DNA from: Tubulanus polymorphus
Lineage: Eukaryota; Animalia; Nemertea
Length of the DNA stretch: 64,000 nucleotides
Reading direction: 5' to 3'
NCBI RefSeq assembly: GCF_964204645.1
Contig: NC_134027.1
Span: forward strand, 992,001 to 1,056,000
Position 1 is the stretch's first letter. The number at the start of each line of letters is the position of its first letter. Position numbers and translations under genes: made by a program. Below, in pieces: positions 18,810-28,900 of the stretch. Below the pieces are notes generated by a model, which made no database searches, had not been told where the DNA came from, and worked only from the letters and a program-made list of their open reading frames with translations.

Positions 18810-19070
18810 TTAGTTTTCTGATATCATAATAAACTCACCAATGTTTTAACTAAAAACAAACTGAATAGTGAGTTCATCGAGTCTGGGGTCTATAAGATAC
18901 CCTGTAACGATTGTAACATGATGTACATTGGTGAAACGGGTCGCAATCTTTAGTCAACGTATAAAGGAACATAGAGTAGATATCCGTTATCAAAAGCCTG
19001 AGAATGGGGATAGCAAATCATGTTTTTACAACCAACTACCAATTTGACTTTCAGAATTCTACTACAGCTG
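18810..19070 (+). pseudogene. Penelope-like retroelement remnant (GIY-YIG endonuclease)
   Basis: Translates SGVYKIPCNDCNMMYIGETGRNL-(frameshift)-QRIKEHR...IANHVF, the GIY-YIG motif typical of Penelope elements; has frameshifts and stops. Confidence 0.85.
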
Positions 19071-20179
19071 ATTTATACAATTTGCATCAATAGGAAAGTA
19101 ACAAAAATACACAAAGAATTGTAAACTTTGATCCATAAAACACCGAAAATTGGACTAGTCTGAAAGTCTAAGATTATGAATTTGACAATTCATGAGGTCA
19201 ATATAACCGACTCATGTCAACTTTTCAAATGACATCTCAATTATCAAGAAAAGCTCATTTATATTCGATTAGGGCCTTAATAAATCAGTGTTTTATGAAC
19301 GATTGACATGAACATGTCGTTTTATCCCCACAACAATAATCATACCTAAATGACAGGTATTTTATATACTTGAGGAAGTGCCTCAGTCATTTACAAAAAC
19401 GTGACCTGTATTTCAAAAAAGAGTCTCCAATATAAAACATAAAAACATTGAAACCAGAGATAAAACCACAAATTCAAACTGGAAAGCTTATGATTAACTA
19501 AACAGTCTTTGATTTAATTTTAATCAACTTTGTTTTACTAGATAACTAGAGTTTTGCCACCTTTGCACAGACATGATCAAGTTGGTTATTTTCTCACATG
19601 TTACATTTAATGCAAAGTATTTTGGAGGTATGCATTTAACAAGATAAAATTGTTCACCTGTCAATTTGAATACAGCTAGCACAATCTATTAATTAACACT
19701 TCATATATCCTCATTTATCAGGAGACTGCTCCTCCATTTTCCATAAGGACCTTAATAAAAAATAGTATATTATGAACCACTGAAAAGCACCAAAGTGAAA
19801 ATCAATACTTTACTACAGAAATCCGCTATTGTCTTCGCCGCTCCTGGATCTCAGTGTTTATAACATGCACTATTATCTATGCTGCTCCTAATAAGATACA
19901 CTATTGTCTACAGTGTTTATCCTGAGTCAGTGTTTATGAGATAATCCATTAGCTTTGTCGCTTGAATCAGTGTTTATAAGATTCACTATTGTCTCTGCTG
20001 CTCCTGATAAAATGTTTTATAGAAATCACCGATTGTAGATGAATCCATCGTTGAGTGATTAATCCATTGCTGGCTCCTCAACTTCTCATTTGGGCTTCTG
20101 CAGTTTTCATCAGCAAATGGGTCGATCAGTATTCATCTACTTGTGAGTGTCTTCTTCAGGCCAATTTTTCCGAGATGTA

Positions 20180-21460
20180 GTTTGGCTGAAACCATGTGAA
20201 GAAAGCAAAACATTTCAGACAGATTTATCATAAATTACGTGTCATTTCATATTACAAGCCACCCTGTTTTTCACAACGTAAAATTCATTGATGTCAATTG
20301 CTGATTTAAACCCCAATAATTAATTGCAGTAATAGGACTAGTTCATCATTGTTTCAGACTAGTGAAGATAAAAGTTCAGCCATGTGGACCGGTAAATAGA
20401 TTTTGATGATAGTCAATTATTAAATGATATTCATACGAGGACTGAAATTGCTTTATACAGGTAATTTCATGTATATCAACTGACCTTTAAAGATTGCTGG
20501 GTTCAGTTCTGGCCTTTTCTGTGCACTGTTGCAGTTTGTAGATTTTGGACGAGTGTTTGATCTCAAGATGGGCTTTTTCTTATAGTTGAAATTCAGCTGA
20601 AATGATTAAAAGAAGATATCCTGTAATGACAAAATATTTCATTTAGAATTTATCTAAATAATTTCATGTATATCAAGTTACCTTTAATGATTGCTTGGTT
20701 GGTAATCGGCGTGGATCATCTTAAGTTTGTTTGTTGATAAGTTGGCCTCATCTTACATTTCAAGTTTGCTGGGTTCAGTATCGGTTAGAACAATTGGTTG
20801 ATGCATTTGATTCAAGCTTGGATTGTTCGGTGGGCGGAGCTTATCTGTAGATATTTGATGAGTCGTTGATTTAAAGCTGGGCAGTTTCATATAGATAGGA
20901 TTTAGCTGAAATGAGCAAACAAAGATATCCTGTAATGACAAAATATTTCATTTAGAATTTATTGACATAATTCCACATATATCCAGTTACCTTTTACGAT
21001 TGCTGGTTTCATTATCAGCGATTATCCTATTAATTGGTTAGTTAGTTGACCTCATCTGTGCACTGTTCCAGTTGGTCGATTTTGGGCGAGTAGTTGATCT
21101 CAAACTGGGTTTTTCTCATAGTTGAAATTTAGCTGCAATGATTAAAAGAAGATATCCTGTAATGACAAAATATTTCATTTAGAATTTATCGAAATAATTT
21201 CATGTATATCAAGTTACCTTTAATGATTGCTTGGTTCGTAATCGGCGTGGATCATCTTAAGTTTGTTTGTTGATAAGTTGGATTCCAGCTGGCTTCATCT
21301 GTGCACTGTTCCAGTTGGTCGATTTTGGATGAGTAGTTGATCTCAAGCTGGGTTTTTCTCATAGTTGAAATTTAGCTGCAATGATTAAAAGAAGATATCC
21401 TGTAATGACAAAATATTTCATTTAGAATTTATCATAATAATTTCCATAAATAATATACCT
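20180..21460 (-). repeat. Tandemly repeated exon-intron-like units (about 230-310 bp)
   Basis: Four copies of ctg(a/c)aatg..aaa..aagatatcctgtaatgacaaaatatttcatttagaattta; on the minus strand these are ~85-nt GT...AG introns separating similar exons. Confidence 0.7.
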
Positions 21461-23479
21461 AGAATAGCCTACTCGGTTATATTCGTAACACCGAACAAAT
21501 TATAAGCGAACATACGATACCTAGTCGAATGAAATGCTCGCCATTTTGTTTTGGGTTCCACATTGGGTTTTCCCAATGGGCTTTCCTAATTACATCAGAA
21601 GTTCCCGGAATTTCCGGTATATCCATCAAACAGCCAATCACATTCAATGTAGCTCAGGTAATGAGGTCAACTCAGATAAATAGAAGCGAGAAAATTTAGG
21701 GGGTTTATAAAGTGAGGACCCGTAGGTCGAAAGGTACATCGAGATGAGTCGCAAAAAAAATGGCAACACTTCCAGGAAGGATTGAACTTTTATATATTTC
21801 AATTCCAAGTATGCAAATTCTCATTCATATATGAAAACGTGCCATTACTTAGTGCTAAAAAGCAGGGTTTTTACGTGTTTTTCAAGAATAAGTCCCCTAG
21901 AATAAGTCCCCTACTATAACTCGATCACTATGAAATTTTTGTGGGCTCGAGAACTCATTAAGCCAAACCATGACACCAAAATCAACACTATTGGTTCAAC
22001 AGCCAATGTTTATGCCTCGTTGACACACCGGTAGTCTATTCATTTTCAATGAAAACTGCTTCTCCAGACCATTTGCGTAGGCAAACCTACGGTTCGCCAA
22101 AAATCAACTTACATTTCAAATTTGCTGGGTTCAGTATCGGTTAAAATGTTCTAAGTTTGTATCAAATATCAAATTACCTTTTATGATAGCTGGGTTCATT
22201 ATCGGAGGATCTCCTAAGTTGGTTGGTTGAGTTTCATCCAAATTGGCCCCTTCTGTGCACTGTTCTCTAATCGGCAGATCTTAGTTGATGAGCTCTCGTT
22301 CAACTTTTTGAGTTGGTGTGCCTTACGATTGTGACACACCTGCCAGGAGCGAAACAGGCAGGAATCGAAGTACAGATATAGTCGTGTGATCGTCGGTCGA
22401 TTTTACATAATTTTTTTTCGATAACTTTACAATATTTGGTCTTTTTTTCATGTAGTCCGAAAGTTTACAAGGTTGAAGATAATTTTGTCTAATTTTTTTT
22501 TTTCGAAATCGAAGTACAGATATAGTTGTGTGATCGTCGGTCGATTTTACATCATTTTTTTCGGAATCTAAGTACTTCTTTGTCTTCTTGGGTTTCGTCG
22601 AAGCTGAAATTGAGAAAAAGAAAAATATTTTGTAGTCACACATTTCTTCATCATTGATCCTAATTTACATGGGTATCAACTTAACTTTCAAGATTGTCGA
22701 GTTCAGTATTTTTTTCGGCATCTTCTGTAGTCGCCTTCTAGCATCTTCTTCTTCAACTTCTTGGGAGTCCTGAAATGAAAAAAAAAAGAGAAGAGCGATG
22801 AAAACCTGGTACGGAACAAAACTAATGTCCGAAAGCTTTACAGCTCTCCGTCGCCGGTCACATGCCGAGAACATCAGACAAAGAGCCAGCCAGGAATATA
22901 CTGCCCTCTACACGCCCTCACACAGAACGCGAAAACCAGGATGACAACGCCTCACATTCCCCATCTAACTGCAGGATGTACTGGGCGACGTCAGTAACTG
23001 ACACACCTGTAAAATGGCACGAAACAAAAATAGTGCAGTACAACCAGCTTGACCGGGTGAGATTCAGGATCTCAACTAGCACTCAAAAGCGTGACAAGAG
23101 ACTTCATCCACTGACCGAGGTTGTCACAAGGACACAATGAAACTAGCACTCACAAGCCGACGAGGGACTTCATCCACTGACCGGGGTTGTCACAAGGACA
23201 CAATGAAAACTAGCACTCAAACTAGAAATCAAAGAGCGTGACAGTAGAATCTTCCCTCAGCCGACTCAGAATACCAGAAACAAAGAGCGTGACAGTAGAA
23301 TCATCCCTCATCCGGGCGGTCACAAGGACACAATGAATGCTAGTAGCGTGACAATCCAGTATAACCGCTCCATTTGTATCCCGCGCAATCCCACAGATAT
23401 GCCCGTCATTGACATCACTCAGCACACTGTAGATAGGTGGGAGCAGTGAGGCCTCGTCATCCTGGTTTTCGTGTTCCGT

Positions 23480-23600
23480 ATGAGGGCGTGTAGAGGGCAG
23501 AATTTCCTGACCGACTCTTTGTCTGACATCCTCAACACATGACCGGCGAAGGAGAGCCGATGCTTTCGGACATTAGTTTTGTTCCAGCAAACGTTGAAAT
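23480..23600 (-). mobile_element. LINE ORF2 C-terminal remnant
   Basis: VRKHRLSFAGHVLRM resembles the RRLxWxGHVxRM motif at the end of non-LTR retrotransposon reverse transcriptases. Confidence 0.6.
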
Positions 23601-24984
23601 TCGACAGAGAAATCGGCCCTGAAAAATAAAACGGGTTAATTGCTGAAAAATAGAACGGATTAATAAACACGGAACAGTACAGGACAGTACGGAGACGAAC
23701 AGTAACACATAAAACATAAAGACGTCGTTCCCCAGGAAGCAGGAACAGGAGCAGGAGCGGGAGCGCAGCGAAAATCGCCAGGAGGAGAATCCACGGAAGC
23801 ATGTTCACAGTGTGAGTAAGCTGAGGTGAATGAATGGTTTCCTATGCTTAATACATACCGTGGTGGTCAGCTGGTGACGTATTCAATAGCGCGTATGAAT
23901 GATATCAACAACTCTGAAAAGCCGCAATTGTGTCTCTATTGTTGAATGGATTTACATTGAGAGCTTATAGAAGTTGAATGAAAAGGTTCTACTGCCGGGT
24001 TGAACACGCGCCAGTAGCCAGCTGAACAACTGGAACTTTAATAAGGCCATAGAAATAAATTACTTGATTACCAACAGCTCCCCTTCTAATTTAGCCGCCG
24101 CCTGTTTTTTTTTAGAATAATATATTGAAATCGAAGAATGAAATCGTTAACATTTATTGATGAAAACCTTTAACTTTATTTCTCATGCATAGCTTCCCCG
24201 AAGTGGTGACATAAATAATTCCAAGTTCAAGGCTAAACAAAAATGATACTTTGTTTCATCGCGGCGCAGCAGCCGGGTCATTTTTGTTAGATATGATAAA
24301 ATTTGTAAACAGCGCCGGCCGGGTCTGTTAAGGTTATGGTAAAATTGACACGAATTTTAGGAAAGTCCATTAAAGAATTTCGTTTCTTGTTGTTTTTAAA
24401 GACTATAAAGTTAGCAGTTCTGAAATGTCCAGAATTCAATTATAAACTGTCTTAATGAGTGAAAGTGAAATTGAGATTCCTGGTTGAATCGTAGTTGGTT
24501 TAGTTTTCCCCTCATTATGTTAACAACCGTGGCACTGCGCCTGCGGGTCTAGTGTAGGTGTGAGTCGACATTTCGTCGTTAGAATGTATAGTTTTGTTTT
24601 TGAGCGTGTCTGTTGGAGATGAGCCGTGAGAAGTCTCGGGTTGAAGTGTTTAACACGTAAGCCGAGTCTCTAACGCACTACAGTTACTACAGTTAATGGT
24701 TTTGATTTGTAAATAAATACTTCTCTTCCTGGTTTGTTAAACGGTGATGATGATGAACGTGCGGTGAGAAGTGTTTTCTGGTTTTACACACGCGCCCAGT
24801 CGCCGGCTGAAAGCATCAATATGATACAACAACAGTGAACAATTTTTGATGAGGAGTTTTATATATGAATTTCTGCCTCTTCTGCTGGTAAGAAGTTTCG
24901 TTTTTTTGGGCTTGCCCTTGTCCAGTCAAGTTGTTTGTTTGTTGATGTTGCTGGTTGGGCCTGTCTGTGTCTACGTCAATACGC

Positions 24985-25335
24985 AGTAGATATTCAACCG
25001 TTTACGGCTGAGTATTTATTTCCGCTATTTTACCATACATCGGGCCAGTAAATGACTAGCGCAGCATCATACCACTAGACCACAGAGCTCGCTGAAAACC
25101 AACCGAATGTTTTTAACTATCTATAGTACCTCACCTTACCCTAATCCTATCTCTAGGGGTAAAACGGAACCCTTTGGACCCTCTTCTCACCCTCTCGACA
25201 CTAACCCTATCGAAACCATAAACCTTAACCCAATAAAAGGATTTTATTGTTACTTTTATAGTTAATACTATAGTAATAATGTACGGTTGAATAGCGGAAG
25301 TAAATACTTTGCCGTATATGGTTAAATATCCACTT
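24985..25335. mobile_element. Non-autonomous DNA transposon-like element with ~50-bp imperfect TIRs
   Basis: gatattcaaccgtttacggctgagtatttatttccgctatt ... aatagcggaagtaaatactttgccgtatatggttaaatatc; internal ctaaccc-like motifs. Confidence 0.6.
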
Positions 25336-25936
25336 CGTTTGATTTAAATAAAAAAGCGCTGTATTCAACTGTTGTTGTTAGTCAGTAACCGGGGTCAACT
25401 TCGGTTAGGGCTATCTGAGATAGTCGAATATAGTCGAACTAAGTGAAACCGAATTTTAGTTAGTCAGAACTTTTATATTCTGGAAATAGTTTGGAAATTG
25501 AGTGCATTCAGTTGTTAGTTCCGACCACTAGTCAACTAGAATTGGCCCTGTCTGTTCTCTGTGGTGGTTTAGTTTCGCAATTGGAAGCCCATCCGATTAT
25601 AAAAGCTTACCACCAATGATTAGCTAACCAACTAACTACACTGCTGTGTGACTGGAGCCAGCAGCAGCAGCAGGAGAGAAGGAAGTTGACTTATTATTGC
25701 ACTTTCGTTCCCTTCCCAAAAAATCATCACAGGAAGGTTTTGGGAATCATAGTCAATAGCTTAGACAAAAAATAAAAGAATCAAGTAGTGAATTTTAGTA
25801 GTGGACAGGACTTGAGTGGTACTTTGAAATTCGGCAGACGTGCCTCTCTACTCTAATCAGATCGGATATTTCATTGCTCATTTTGAGATCAATGTTTTTA
25901 TTAGATTGTGATGTATATTTTCAGATGTGATTTAAA

Positions 25937-28900
25937 ATGTCTTACGTGGATATTAATAGTTACGTATTAGAGGATATTGATTGGGAATCTGATGGAGTTA
26001 AAGCAGTTTTAGGTAGGTTCAATTTCATCCCTCCGTTTATTTCACTGGTATTCATTCTAAATTAGAAACCCCCAAACCTCTCTCATCCCTCCATTCTCTC
26101 TCCTCTTTTTCCTGTACACAATTTTAAGCATCATATAGGCCTACGCAGTGAGTAGTGGCCAGTTATTGAACCCTCCATGGATATGTGCACATATTATAAA
26201 TGTTTGCTAACGGGATTTTAAATTTTCAATATAATTATCATTTATTGTTTAGTGATTGATTTCCTGTGATTCGCACAAAGACAGTCGTCTCTCATTCTTG
26301 CGTTGACTTGACAACTCTCTCCTGCGAGATCAGCTTGTAGTTCATGTGTACATCGCAAAATATTGATTCCAGTTAGTCTAATAATATTGAAATTCATTGA
26401 TTCCTGCTGAGTTTATGGATCCGAAGGAAATGTTGGCTTTGAATGAATCTATCGGTGATACCAAAAATACTGGATACTGTTTCATGGATGTGCGGGCAAA
26501 ATAATCCCTGGGAATGTTTTCAAATCAGTCAGTTATTGCCATGGTTTCTCATTGTTACTATAATGGTAGTCGATGCGTAAAGATTTATTTCCATGGATGA
26601 TAATTGATGTGGTCTCTAAGTTCGAGAAAATTCTGCGTCCATTAAAAGACAAAGAATTTTATTTTTTTCGTAGAAAAAGGAATTTTTCTCGTACTTAGAA
26701 AAAATTGACGAATCGCTGACGTCATCCTTTCATTATATTGAGCTTTAAAAAATCAGTATGATGATAAACGCTAAAATAGAATGATACCTCGTTTCTCCTA
26801 ATCGGTCGGGGGTCACTTCTATAGCAGCCAGCTCAGCAGAAATGAGAAACAAGGTATCAATTTTCTTTTAGCCCAAACTAATGCTTGTAAATTGGTAGTT
26901 CTCATCTGAAAATAAAATGTCTTCGAAGATTCTTTAAAAGTTTTCTAAATAAAGAGACTTCAGCAACAAGTTTTTGCAGAATTAAACAAGTTATTATTCT
27001 CCCTCTTATCTGTCGATTGCAGCCAAGAAAAAACCGAAAGCGAAATATGGAAAACTCTCAGAGAAATTACGTAAGAATATTCCTGAGGAGACGCTGTGCG
27101 CAATGTTCTGCGGGGGTAAAACGTGTAAATACTGCGACCCACCGGGATATTATACCGACGAACAGATGACTATTAAAGGTCTCTATTCGAGTTGGTGAGT
27201 TATAAAAACATTTCATACGAGAATCTCTGAGCTTGATTTATAACTGTCTAAGTTATGATTTGACTGATGTCTCGAGTTGTTAGATTTGTATTAGAACTGA
27301 AGCTGGTCTTAGAATGGTCTTAAATCTAGGCATTGGATGCGGACCAGTTGCATAGTCATGGCTTAGACTTAAGACCAGTCTAACACCAACATAGTTCTAT
27401 AGCTAATCTAACCACTTAAGACCAGTCTTAAGATTTAAGATCACTTTTGGACTAAGTCGCGACTGTGCAACTGGCCCCAGGATGCTGTAGATTCTTATGT
27501 AGTCTCAGCACCTGCACTTCAGTTTCAGCGCCTCCTCTATAAATAGAATCTAATAGTGGACAGGTGATAATTTGAAAGTTATTTCTGAATTGCCCGTTTG
27601 TATTATTGTCATGGATACCGTGTCACCTCCAGTTCAGTTTCAGCGCCTGCAGTTCAGTTTCAGCGCCTGCAGTTCAGTTTCAGCACCTGTAGTTCAGTTT
27701 CAGCGCCTCCTCTATAAATAGAACAGAGTAAACTTACATTTTTATCATCATCGCACGTGTATCGTTATGAATTATATCCATGTGCGTTACCGTGGTTACG
27801 TGTAATCGGATCAATAAAATCTAATTAATTGCGACACAACAAGTGAGAATAGAGGAAGTTCCCGGGACTGGGTGGCACCACTTACCTGGAATAGTCAGGG
27901 AAATTTCTTTTCTTTGATAAAGTCGGGCAAAAAAGCTAAAATTCAGGGAAATTTATTTCGAAATCGCGCATAAAATCAAACAGTTTCGGTTTATGTTGGA
28001 TGTTGTTGATTGGACTCAGAGCAGATCAAGTCAGGGAAAAACGTGTATATCCGGGAAAAAACAAGTCAAATATAAGTGGCCCCGAGTTCAACTTGGGCAA
28101 CTCTATGTCAACTATCTGAGGCCCGTTCCATAGTCATGGCTTAGACAAAGGCCAAATACAAACTTAGTTCTATAGCCACATGAACAACTTTAGACCAGTT
28201 TTAAGATTAAAGACCACTTTTGGTCTTAAGTCTTTACTATGGAACCGGCCTCTGATGGTTAACTTTTGAGCTACTGGACCAAGGACATTCGCGCATATTT
28301 CATTAAAAAGGCCCCAGGTTTTTTTTTCAAAATCCCGGTAAATTCAGAGTGTTAAAACGTGTGGTTGATTTTTTCAGGGTGACTGAGAATATTTTGGCGA
28401 TGTCGCGACCGAGTACGAGATTAATGAAAGAATATGATATCATTAAACAGTTTAAAGAGTAAGTGAAACATTCATGAAACACTTTGATCCCGAGATGTTT
28501 CCTGAAGCTAAAATGTTTATTCAACGTTTCGACTAGGCCTATATCCTAACATCCTCCCACGTCAGGGATTCGAACCTGATGGCATCGCTATTCTCAGCCA
28601 CGGTACGAACCCCTGCCACACTAGACCGGGTGCGCAGGTACATGCGCAGCTTTGCTGCACGAAAACTTGCGGCACCAATCAGATTGCTCCTAAGCTGCGC
28701 GTGTAGCTGCGCACTCGGTCTCAAAGGTCTCACTCAGATTCAAAGTTAAATAGATAATTTCGAATTAAATCTATGAAGCTATGCACCAGTGATTTTCGTT
28801 AATTTGAATCTTAAAAACGTTTTTATGTGAATTTTGTTTTTGTTTTTTTCACGTAGAGCTGGAATCAGTTCAATAATCAATCTACAAACTCCTGGTGAAC

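Noticed and set aside
28545-28625. tRNA gene (GTTCGAATCC)
   Set aside because: No cloverleaf could be folded; better explained as a SINE-like repeat.
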